64,000 nucleotides of DNA from Patescibacteria group bacterium. Lineage in GTDB: Bacteria > Patescibacteriota > WWE3 > UBA101185 > UBA10185. Below the pieces are notes generated by a model. It ran no database searches. It saw nothing but the letters and a program-made list of their open reading frames with translations, and was not told where the DNA came from. The stretch spans positions 108,670 through 172,669 of the forward strand of contig JAHJEV010000003.1 in NCBI GenBank assembly GCA_018825365.1. Direction: 5' to 3'. Numbering within the stretch: the stretch's first letter is position 1; every line of letters starts with the position of its first letter. A program made the position numbers and the translations under genes. Shown here in pieces: positions 18,921 to 27,201 of the stretch.

Positions 18921-18990
18921 TAACATGCTCATTTTTCCCCTGATAACCCGACTACCATTATTAAAATCCCGAGCATTAAAAAACCACGTT
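18921..18990 (-). repeat. diverged duplicate of the pyrH 3' end (gene fragment; att-like direct repeat of 24879..24965)
   Basis: Minus-strand translation WFFNARDFNNGSRVIRGK matches VVVFDVRDFNNVSRVIKGEK at the real pyrH C-terminus. There is a 16-nt identical core cattattaaaatcccg, and some differences are synonymous, indicating a homologous gene fragment. Confidence 0.6.
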
Positions 18991-19003
18991 TACTACTGGT
19001 AAA

Positions 19004-19291
19004 TTAGTGCTTAGGGGTTTCCAAGCTCAATTTCTTGAGTAGTTCAAGAGTAACTCTGACTGATGGGTTTTCGTCATTTATAAAATGAACTCGATTGCCA
19101 AATCGGTCGATCAGCTGAGTAACGAATTCATCCGCCCAGGAGGGTGTAAAAGTGATTACACCTTCAAAATCAAGTTCCAACATTTCAGTTTCAAGTACGC
19201 CCTGCAATAGTGGCGCTATTGCGGCTAACGCCTCACGCCCGTCTTGTCTTGATGTAAGAATGTTTCCGAATTTTTTAAGTTCTATTTTCAT
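19004..19291 (-). CDS. DUF4325/STAS-like (anti-sigma-factor-antagonist-like) small protein
   Basis: 95 aa with a STAS-like alpha/beta pattern (…LELDFEGVITFTPSWADEF…). It lies 8 nt downstream of, and is apparently co-transcribed with, the GHKL ATPase gene. Confidence 0.5.
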   Translation of the reverse strand: MKIELKKFGNILTSRQDGREALAAIAPLLQGVLETEMLELDFEGVITFTPSWADEFVTQLIDRFGNRVHFINDENPSVRVTLELLKKLSLETPKH

Positions 19292-19298
19292 ATTTTAC

Positions 19299-20030
19299 TT
19301 AAAACCTTATTAATGCTAAACAGCCACTGTAATATAGATCAGTTTTACTTATCTTCAACTCTTTAACCTCATTAGTAATAGAAACTTTAGCGTTCCCACT
19401 GTAAAAGTCGAGTTCAATGGCCCTATTTAATACTACTTCCAGCACGAATTTAAGTCCATTCCCTCTTGCTTCAGGAGATCTGCCTGATATCACTTCAGTA
19501 AATGCAATGCGCAAAGCGTCCTCATCGTTTTTAATATCAATCACTCTTTTTAGAGTTCTTAAAATACCCTGTCCCCTGTCCGCCAGGGCTATCTGTCTTT
19601 TGTTTGTATCATACGAAAAGAGTATACCTGGGATGTCTGGCCAATTTCCTAGATTATGGTCAAAGGAGTTATTTCCTATTTCTCCTACTATGGCAACAAT
19701 AAGCGGATAATACTCTTTTAGATCTGGTAGCTTTTCCAGAGCACTTTGCAGCTTTGAAAGTCTTCCTTTAAACTCTGCGCTGGTTGGACAGTAAAATGCA
19801 CTTTCTGGTTCTTTGGGGGTAGCCAACATCCACTCCATGGCTGTTGCAAAAATATTTTGTTTGTATATCTCAAGATCCAGTTGCACATAGTATCTGTGAC
19901 CGCCTTCAGTTCTTTTAGCCGGAAATTTACCGCTCCTGTCCCATCTTCTAAGGGTGGTGGTGGTTACATCTAAATATTCCGCGGCTTCGCCTATACTTAG
20001 TCTTTTAGTGTTTTCCATATACTTATACAA
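19299..20030 (-). CDS. fusion of MerR/excisionase-type HTH and GHKL (histidine-kinase-like, RsbW/SpoIIAB-type) ATPase
   Basis: N-terminal HTH (LSIGEAAEYLDVTTTTLRRWDRSGKFPAKRTEGGHRYY). The C-terminal GHKL Bergerat fold has an N-box (GEIGNNSFDHN), a G1 box (DRGQGI) and a G2 box (GNGLKFV). Confidence 0.6.
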   Translation of the reverse strand: MYKYMENTKRLSIGEAAEYLDVTTTTLRRWDRSGKFPAKRTEGGHRYYVQLDLEIYKQNIFATAMEWMLATPKEPESAFYCPTSAEFKGRLSKLQSALEKLPDLKEYYPLIVAIVGEIGNNSFDHNLGNWPDIPGILFSYDTNKRQIALADRGQGILRTLKRVIDIKNDEDALRIAFTEVISGRSPEARGNGLKFVLEVVLNRAIELDFYSGNAKVSITNEVKELKISKTDLYYSGCLALIRF

Positions 20031-20258
20031 CTTTTATATCATATTTCCTAAACTTGTACAACTTGTGTGTAAACTTATACATTCGGTAACACCCATCAAG
20101 CCACAACAACAAAAATCGAGGTTCAGATTTAAAAATATCAAAGGAAGCCTTAACAAGCGGCTACAGGGGGTTTGAGGCTTTGTAGCCGCATAAATGTCCT
20201 GTCTGACTGACTGCATGGGAATTTGTGGGAACTTCTTACAACACTGATTTAAAAATAC

Positions 20259-20708
20259 TTAGGAAAGCTTATTAACTAGAACGACTAGTGCGGTTCTGGA
20301 TTCTATAACAAGATCATATTTTAAGGCTTCCTTTACTCTGAGCCATTTGAAGTCGCTATGCTCAGATGATATAGCTACTTCTCCACCAACACTTTTTGAT
20401 AAACCCACGAGAATAACGTATGGTAGACCTTTATATTTCCCAGAAGAAATAATTTCGCTACGCCAGTAAGCTATTTTATCTGTCGGAATTACAACTAAAC
20501 CTGTTTCCTCAAGCACCTCTCTTTCTAATGCGTTAGAAATATCTTGCCCTATATCTAGCTTTCCTCCAGGTAGCTCCCATTTGTTAGGCATGTATGAGTC
20601 GCTAGGAGAACGCTTTATTATCAAAATAAGACCATCTTCGTTTTGAACAATCGCTCGAATTACAAGTACTACTTTCGGTCGTTTTTGTCTATCGGATTTA
20701 ATGTTCAT
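20259..20708 (-). CDS. Nudix hydrolase
   Basis: Nudix box GGKLDIGQDISNALEREVLEETGL (Gx5Ex7REuxEExGu). Confidence 0.8.
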   Translation of the reverse strand: MNIKSDRQKRPKVVLVIRAIVQNEDGLILIIKRSPSDSYMPNKWELPGGKLDIGQDISNALEREVLEETGLVVIPTDKIAYWRSEIISSGKYKGLPYVILVGLSKSVGGEVAISSEHSDFKWLRVKEALKYDLVIESRTALVVLVNKLS

Positions 20709-20771
20709 AATTTATTATATTTTACCGCATTTCTGATTAGGGAAGTGTTACTACATTTTATGTGAAAACCA

Positions 20772-20812
20772 TGGCTGGCTAGGTGGGAAGTTGTTGGAAC
20801 TTTTAAGTTAGA
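20772..20812 (+). repeat. intergenic repeat family member R1 (tggctggct...gggaa...ggaact)
   Basis: Shares tggctggct-N-gggaa-N-(t)tcgaact/ttggaact with R2 (21714) and R3 (24731). Confidence 0.4.
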
Positions 20813-20823
20813 TCCTTCAGGTG

Positions 20824-21639
20824 TTAATCGAATTTTATAAAGTAAGCAGTTTTTTCCTTATAGAAGCCAAATTTTTGGGTTGTTTCTGCTATGTATTTGT
20901 AAGTATCGGATGTAAATGGGCTGTCTTTTAATTTTTTAATAAATTCCTGGTTTTGTAAAAGCTGAATAAACCCATCAGTGTATACACAGACTAAGTCACC
21001 TTTTTTAAGTTCTACCTCTCCGGTTTGAAGATATTGTTCAAATCCCTCTCTACCGTCTATCACTCCATATCCATATTCTTTACCATCCACAATAACTTGA
21101 TGGTTTCTAATATCTTTTCTCCAGTGTTTCCTTGTTTCGATCTTTCCCCAATCAAAGTTTCCATCTAGATATTTAGCAGATTGTTCAACATAAGACTTAA
21201 GCATTGGGTGATCCACCAAGTCATTACCAAAGACGGATATAAAGCAATCATCCAAAACACCATATATTAACCTGTTTTCCTTAATCCATATTGTTGAGGT
21301 AGTAGCAGCTCCAATAGTAAAGCCATTATTTTCTTTATTCTTATAGAGAGGGCTTTTACAATTAAACTTTGCAACCTCTTTATTAGCTTCTAAATAGGCT
21401 TGTTTGATTGAGTCGGTCGAGAAATTCTTACTCTCGAGGTTATGTACAACTTGATTACATATAATTCTAGCTACCTCATATGAGTCAGAGGGTACGGGGT
21501 AAAGTGTTGGATCCGTTGGGTCGTGTGTTACCCCATCTGCAACTACAAAAATGTTCTCTTTATTTGAATGTAAATAGCAGTCTTCTTGAGGTGCATATGG
21601 GTGTTTTAAATTATTTTCATGGTACAGAATAAACTTCAT
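20824..21639 (-). CDS. hypothetical protein, possibly a PP2C/SpoIIE-like phosphatase fold
   Basis: Weak PP2C-like motifs (...QEDCY..., FVVADGVTHD, VCVYTDGFIQLL). 271 aa. Low confidence. Confidence 0.35.
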   Translation of the reverse strand: MKFILYHENNLKHPYAPQEDCYLHSNKENIFVVADGVTHDPTDPTLYPVPSDSYEVARIICNQVVHNLESKNFSTDSIKQAYLEANKEVAKFNCKSPLYKNKENNGFTIGAATTSTIWIKENRLIYGVLDDCFISVFGNDLVDHPMLKSYVEQSAKYLDGNFDWGKIETRKHWRKDIRNHQVIVDGKEYGYGVIDGREGFEQYLQTGEVELKKGDLVCVYTDGFIQLLQNQEFIKKLKDSPFTSDTYKYIAETTQKFGFYKEKTAYFIKFD

Positions 21640-21713
21640 GTATTTATTTTATCACCAGAGGTTGTATTTTATCGTAGGGTGATGATTTATATTGCTATGA
21701 CAACAAAAACCTT

Positions 21714-21800
21714 GGCTGGCCGTAAGGGAACAAGCTCGAACTGTGGTTTTGGTCTAAATCCTGGCTTTTAATCCAGTGGTAGGGGCCTAATAATCCTGTT
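21714..21800 (+). repeat. intergenic repeat family member R2
   Basis: ttggctggccgtaagggaacaagctcgaactgtggttttggt...taataatcctg aligns with R3 over the 5' 40 nt and the 3' aataatcctg block. Confidence 0.45.
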
Positions 21801-21913
21801 TGAAACCTTCACAAACTGACAATGTGCCTATAAACCGATTCTGATAGAAGACAGGATGCTACAAGTAAAGAACATTCGATGCTTACATACTTCCACTATG
21901 CTAAAATTTAGCT

Positions 21914-22969
21914 ATGGGCAGACTAGAAATAGGTAGCAGGTGGAAGTTTGAGATAGTCGCGTTTCTGATAACTGGTCTTTTATTGTATAAGGTTGATTTT
22001 AGTATAGACACTGATTCTTATTTCTATTTTAAAAAGCATGATATATATTACGACTATCAAGCAGCCAAACAATTGCAACACGGAGAAAACCCATACAATA
22101 GAATATTAGAAGGTAACATGATTGAAAATGATAAATACGCTACTCAGCTGCCTCTTTATTTTTATTTTCTTGCCCTAATAGGGAAAATTTCTCAAAATAA
22201 CTTTGACGTGTTTTTGGAAAACTTTAGACTCGTTTTATTTTGGTTCCATTTAGCGGGGGGCGTTTTTATGTATCTCCTTTTTCGCCGTATCAATAAACTT
22301 TTTGTAGGATATTGTGCTGCAGTTTTTTATATGTTTAATGTATGGAGTTTAAATAGTTTTATGTATCTTAAACAAGATATGATAGCCATAGCCTTACTTG
22401 TTTTATCTTTTTACTTCTTCAGAAATAAAACTTATCGCTGGATCTCATACGTATTATTTGGGCTATCGCTTGGAATAAAACATATAGGAATTTTTGCTTT
22501 TCCAATATATCTTACACCAATTCTTTTTAAAGAAGATTCTTTTAAGCGCTTTGGTCTCAATATGTTACTGTTGTTCTCTACGATACTTATACCAGCAGCT
22601 CCTCTTTTAATTGATAATTCGTTAAGTTTTGTAAATTCCATGCTGTTTAGTCTTACGCGGAGTCCTCGCAGCTCTGAAATAATTTATGGGTACAACGAGT
22701 TGCTTGTAAAATACAACCCCTCTTTTAATAAAGGCACTTTATTTCAGCAGTTACTCCCAAGGCTGCCCCTTTTTATTGCCTCTATCCTGTGCTTACTAAT
22801 GCTCTTACTAAGAAAGATACCTTTATCTGTGTATCTTTTTATTTCAATACTGGTATTTGCTATATTTAACCCTGTAATTTTCCCTCAATATATAACATGG
22901 GTTACCCCAATGGCCCTTATTTCTCTAGTTGATTACACAGACCACGTTCAACTACAAAAACGTGTTTAA
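21914..22969 (+). CDS. polytopic integral membrane protein (possible GT-C/DUF2029-like glycosyltransferase)
   Basis: 351 aa with 9 or more hydrophobic helices. No soluble domain. Confidence 0.45.
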   Translation: MGRLEIGSRWKFEIVAFLITGLLLYKVDFSIDTDSYFYFKKHDIYYDYQAAKQLQHGENPYNRILEGNMIENDKYATQLPLYFYFLALIGKISQNNFDVFLENFRLVLFWFHLAGGVFMYLLFRRINKLFVGYCAAVFYMFNVWSLNSFMYLKQDMIAIALLVLSFYFFRNKTYRWISYVLFGLSLGIKHIGIFAFPIYLTPILFKEDSFKRFGLNMLLLFSTILIPAAPLLIDNSLSFVNSMLFSLTRSPRSSEIIYGYNELLVKYNPSFNKGTLFQQLLPRLPLFIASILCLLMLLLRKIPLSVYLFISILVFAIFNPVIFPQYITWVTPMALISLVDYTDHVQLQKRV

Positions 22970-23162
22970 ACAAATGTCTCCCCCAGCCCAAGATCCTAAA
23001 AGCCTGAACTAAAAAGATTTTCAGATTTATACTACAACCCTTTTATAGTAGTAGAAATTTAAATAATCCTCGCCGCATAATTATTGTAATATTGTATTTC
23101 TTGACAAACCACTATAAAAGGGTGCTATTATTTTGTAGCACAGAAAAGATACTTTTACTTAA

Positions 23163-23849
23163 ATGTTTAAAAATACGGGAAATACAAGTAGTAAAAAGAC
23201 AAGGGAGATTAGCTTAAAAACTGTTTTTACGTATATTTTCGGTGCTTTATTCTTGATCTTCTTCCTCTTTTCTGGAGTCGTAACAATTAAAGCGGGACAG
23301 TTGGTTATTGGTGTTCTTTATTTTATTTTAGCTGTCCTAGTCCTTGTACCTCACCACCACTTGAGAGTTACCAAAACTTTAAAATTTGTAATTTTTGTCG
23401 TGCTTTTCTTCGTACTCGCCTACTTTAGCGGTCGTAGCACTCCCCCTGTTGCGCAAAAGTATGAATATTTTGCATTAGGGGAAATATTTAACATTGCATT
23501 TGGAAATAACACATTTTCAATGGTAGTTAGAGAAGCGAAACATGATGCTAAAATTAGTATCTCTGGAAAAGAAGTAACTACATCTGGTTACTTTATTATT
23601 GTTACAGGAGATATCGTAAATCTTGGCTCGGAAGCTGTAGATTTTAAATTTAGCGTAACCCCTGAATTAAAGGATAAACAAGATAGACGTTATACCTTAT
23701 ATGGAACAGGTCTAGCTGTAGGAAAATTGCAACCCGGTGTGGCTAAAGAAGTTTCCTATGTTTTTGAAATTCCTAAAGATGCAACGGGATTAGAATTTAT
23801 TGTTAGTGATAAAACCGATGTTGCTAAATCGGTAGATTTAAAAAGATAA
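23163..23849 (+). CDS. membrane-anchored protein with a C-terminal beta-sandwich (DUF4352-like) domain
   Basis: Two N-terminal TM helices, then the pattern FIIVTGDIVNLGSEAVDF...YVFEIPKDATGLEFIV, which is typical of DUF4352-type domains. Confidence 0.4.
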   Translation: MFKNTGNTSSKKTREISLKTVFTYIFGALFLIFFLFSGVVTIKAGQLVIGVLYFILAVLVLVPHHHLRVTKTLKFVIFVVLFFVLAYFSGRSTPPVAQKYEYFALGEIFNIAFGNNTFSMVVREAKHDAKISISGKEVTTSGYFIIVTGDIVNLGSEAVDFKFSVTPELKDKQDRRYTLYGTGLAVGKLQPGVAKEVSYVFEIPKDATGLEFIVSDKTDVAKSVDLKR

Positions 23850-23852
23850 TTA

Positions 23853-23888
23853 CGGTGAGGTTTTTTAAATTTTACCTCACCGTTTTTA
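23853..23888. terminator. bidirectional intrinsic terminator between convergent genes
   Basis: cggtgaggt-tttttaaatttt-acctcaccg has a perfect 9-bp stem flanked by T/A runs on both sides. Confidence 0.6.
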
Positions 23889-23904
23889 AGTAAACAAGTA
23901 AAGA

Positions 23905-24579
23905 CTACGTTCCAAACTGTCTGTCACCCGCGTCTCCCAGCCCAGGCAAAATGTAGCCTTTTGGATATTTACTTTGTCCATCGCTTAGCTTTCTGTCAAC
24001 CGTGGCGACAACAATACGAACATCTGGATGAGTATCCGATAGAGCTTTTATTCCCTCGGGCGCTGCTATCACCCCCAGATATACTATCCTCTTAGCTCCC
24101 CTTTCTTTTAAACGAGAAATGGTGGCGATTGCCGAGCCTCCTGTTGCAAGCATAGGATCAGGTACTAACCAAACGAAATTTTCACACTCCATAGGAATTT
24201 TACTACGTCCCCATACAGGCTGAAGAGTTTCCTCATCTCTGTACATGTCAATATGGAAAATCTTGGCTTCGGGAAGGATTTCTTGTATGGGAGCTACCAT
24301 TCCCAGAGCTGCCCGGAGTATTGTTGCTACCGCAACTTCTTCTGTGAAAACATACCCTACTGTCTCTTCTAGAGGTGTAGACACTTGTGTAGATTTTACT
24401 TTTAGATCAGAAAGAGCGGCATACACCAAGGGGTACGTTAATCGCCCAAGAATTGTACGAAACTGCTCTGATTTAGTATGCACATCCCTCAGTTCCGTCA
24501 GCCAAACCTTAATCAGTGCGTTTGAGTCCAACACAATCAAGCTTGAACATTCCATGATACTATCTCCTTTTTTTAGCAA
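23905..24579 (-). CDS. upp: uracil phosphoribosyltransferase
   Basis: PRPP-binding motif VWLVPDPMLATGGSA and a UPRTase C-terminal GYILPGLGDAGDR motif. The real start is probably the internal Met (MECSS...). Confidence 0.85.
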   Translation of the reverse strand: MLKKGDSIMECSSLIVLDSNALIKVWLTELRDVHTKSEQFRTILGRLTYPLVYAALSDLKVKSTQVSTPLEETVGYVFTEEVAVATILRAALGMVAPIQEILPEAKIFHIDMYRDEETLQPVWGRSKIPMECENFVWLVPDPMLATGGSAIATISRLKERGAKRIVYLGVIAAPEGIKALSDTHPDVRIVVATVDRKLSDGQSKYPKGYILPGLGDAGDRQFGT

Positions 24580-24730
24580 GATGCTTTTTTGAACAGACCA
24601 ACATTGATTCTAAGTATTTATTAGAAAGTGTCAATGATATTTAATATTATTAAAAATTAATGGAAGTATACTTCAGTCTAGTTCACTATTGGATTAGTTG
24701 ATTTTATGCTGTTGTGACAATGTAAATCCT

Positions 24731-24862
24731 ATGGCTGGCTATTAGGGAACAAGTTCGAACTGTTTGTAGCTGTTAAAGGAAAATTCGACGATTTCAGGTT
24801 CATGACGTAACATTGCACTCTAGAAGGTTTTGGTACTTATAACTAGCTGCAAAATAATCCTG
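24731..24862 (+). repeat. intergenic repeat family member R3
   Basis: atggctggctattagggaacaagttcgaactgt...ggttttggt...aaaataatcctg contains the perfect 10-nt palindrome agttcgaact. Confidence 0.45.
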
Positions 24863-24878
24863 GAGAGAATAATATTAT

Positions 24879-25592
24879 TTATGGTGTGATTAGTGTACCT
24901 ACTTTTTCTCCTTTAATCACACGACTAACATTATTAAAATCCCGTACGTCAAAAACAACAACCGGAATATGCTGGGATTGACAAAGAGCAAAGGCCGTAT
25001 TGTCCATCACCATCAAACCTCTAACCAATGCTTCCTGAAACGTAAGTTGCGGAAACTTTTTAGCATTTGTGTTTGTCTTCGGATCACTATCATAAACCCC
25101 ATCCACATTAGTTCCTTTCAAGAGAATATCAGCATTTATTTCTGCTGCTTTTAGTGCGGCTGCAGAGTCGGTGGTGAAAAAAGGGCTGCCGGTACCACCC
25201 GCCAGTATTAAAACGTAGCCTTTTTCTAAATGATGCACAGCTCGCAAACGAATAAAAGGTTCGCAAGCCTGATCCAGCCTTAAAGATGACATCACCCGTG
25301 AGGTAACTCCTAGGACGTTTAATTCCTGTTGTAATGCCAAGGCGTTCATAATCGTCCCCAGCATACCAATGTAATCCAACTGCGCCGGATCAGCTGTTCC
25401 CTTCTGATGATCCCGTCCCCTAAAGAGATTACCACCACCGTTGACTATCGCCAGCTGAATACCAGCTTCATCGATAAGCTTCTTTACGCCAAGTGCAATT
25501 AATCCTATTGCTTTGAAATCCAAACCCACCTTTTTTTCTCCTCCAAACACCTCTCCGCTTAGTTTTAACAGGACACGCTTGTATTCTGACAT
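24879..25592 (-). CDS. pyrH: UMP kinase
   Basis: N-terminus RVLLKLSGEVFGG and the amino-acid-kinase family fold. 237 aa. Confidence 0.9.
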   Translation of the reverse strand: MSEYKRVLLKLSGEVFGGEKKVGLDFKAIGLIALGVKKLIDEAGIQLAIVNGGGNLFRGRDHQKGTADPAQLDYIGMLGTIMNALALQQELNVLGVTSRVMSSLRLDQACEPFIRLRAVHHLEKGYVLILAGGTGSPFFTTDSAAALKAAEINADILLKGTNVDGVYDSDPKTNTNAKKFPQLTFQEALVRGLMVMDNTAFALCQSQHIPVVVFDVRDFNNVSRVIKGEKVGTLITP

Positions 25593-25733
25593 TGTTTAGA
25601 ATTATAAACCTTTTAACAGGTAAGGTGGTAAGTGCTTATCGGGGATGGTACAATGCAAATAATTAAGTTTGGTAGAGGTAGTTTGACCAAAACACTCCTT
25701 TGTGTAGGAGAGACGTAGGTAAAATCCTGCCCC

Positions 25734-27062
25734 CTACCCCAGTTTAGTCTTAAGAAAGGTGACGAGATCTTTTTGTTTAATGTTACTTTGCTCTCCCGTC
25801 TTCATGTTTTTTAAAGTTATTGAGGATTCTTTTAATTCTTTTTCACCTATAATGCCCGCGTATTCGACGCCCAGTTTGTTGGAGTACTCGAGTTTTTTAG
25901 TAAGGGATGCCTGATGAGCATAAACTTCAGTGGGTATTGACCTTAACCTTAATTGAGTAGCTATACCAAATGTCTCCGACAACGATTCTGTTAAAGGTAG
26001 TAGTAAAACCTTTGTTGGCGTTAGAGAATGTTTGTCTATTAAATTAAGTTCGTTAAGTTGATAGAAAAGTCTCGTTAAGCCTAAGGAAATCCCAACTCCG
26101 GGTAACTTTTCTTCTGTATAGTATTCGGCTAAATTATCATATCTACCCCCAGAGCAAACAGCTCCTAATTCTGGGTAATCAACTAAAACTGTTTCGTATA
26201 CTGTACCGGTGTAGTAATCTAAACCCCTTGCTACCGATAAATCTATTTTCCAGTTGGTTTCAGGAATATCCAGATACTTAATATATTGCACAACTTCCTC
26301 AAGCTCATTTACTCCGTCTTTGAACATGTTGTTTTCGATTTTAAGTTCTCGTAAACGTTTTATTGTACTCGATGCATCCTCATGTATCGTTAGAAGATTC
26401 GTCAAAACCTCAACCTGATCACTATTTATGTTAAGATTCTTTAATTCCTTTATAAAAACTTCTTTACCAACCTTTTCTAGTTTGTCTATTAACCGCATAA
26501 CATCTGCAACCTGCTCCTTAATGCCTAAATCTTCGATAAAACCGGATAATATTTTTCTGTTGTTTAATTTGATGCAGAACTTTCCTATGCCTAATCTGTT
26601 AAATGTAAAGTACGTTACTGCTAGTATTTCAGCATCATTTACAAAATCTAAATTACCTTTACCTATGATATCTACATCACATTGATAAAACTCTCTAAAC
26701 CTACCTTTTTGTGGTTTTTCACCTCGATAAACTTTACCAATTTGGTATCGTCTAAAAGGAAAAATCAGATCTCGAAAGTGCTGGCTTACATATCTAGCTA
26801 GAGGGACTGTTAGGTCAAATCTAAGAGCCTGGTCGGTATCACCCTTTTTAAATCGGTAGGTTTGCTTAGTCGCTTCAGATCCTGCCTTGGCTAAAAGTAC
26901 CTCTGCTCTTTCAATAATGGGGGTATCTAACGGTACAAAACCAAAAAGCTCGTAGCTTTCCTGGATTGTCCTGAGCATGGAATTGAAAACTAGCTGTTCG
27001 TTAGGCATGAGTTCCATGAAACCCGGTAGTATCGATGGTTTTATTAGGTTCTTGTTGTTCAT
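25734..27062 (-). CDS. hisS: histidine--tRNA ligase
   Basis: Class II aaRS motifs and the HisRS-specific regions (…RYDNLAEYYTEEKLPGVGISLGLTRL…). The start was trimmed to the MNNKNLIKP Met, where plus-strand 27060-62 reads cat. Confidence 0.85.
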   Translation of the reverse strand: MNNKNLIKPSILPGFMELMPNEQLVFNSMLRTIQESYELFGFVPLDTPIIERAEVLLAKAGSEATKQTYRFKKGDTDQALRFDLTVPLARYVSQHFRDLIFPFRRYQIGKVYRGEKPQKGRFREFYQCDVDIIGKGNLDFVNDAEILAVTYFTFNRLGIGKFCIKLNNRKILSGFIEDLGIKEQVADVMRLIDKLEKVGKEVFIKELKNLNINSDQVEVLTNLLTIHEDASSTIKRLRELKIENNMFKDGVNELEEVVQYIKYLDIPETNWKIDLSVARGLDYYTGTVYETVLVDYPELGAVCSGGRYDNLAEYYTEEKLPGVGISLGLTRLFYQLNELNLIDKHSLTPTKVLLLPLTESLSETFGIATQLRLRSIPTEVYAHQASLTKKLEYSNKLGVEYAGIIGEKELKESSITLKNMKTGEQSNIKQKDLVTFLKTKLG

Positions 27063-27201
27063 ATCTCTTAAAGTGCTATAATCTGTGCACTTATGATAAG
27101 AACGATAGCACATCACCATATTCATGTAAATATTTGCTCCATCTGCAAAACCTCTTTTGGAGGTTTTTTTGTTTTTACAGATATCTATTTAAGGAGACCT
27201 T

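Noticed and set aside
18660-18932. A 90-aa ORF on the minus strand.
   Set aside because: It overlaps the hand-folded tRNA-Tyr (18695..18780). Its upstream part is simply the read-through of the pyrH 3' fragment copy. It is not a real gene.
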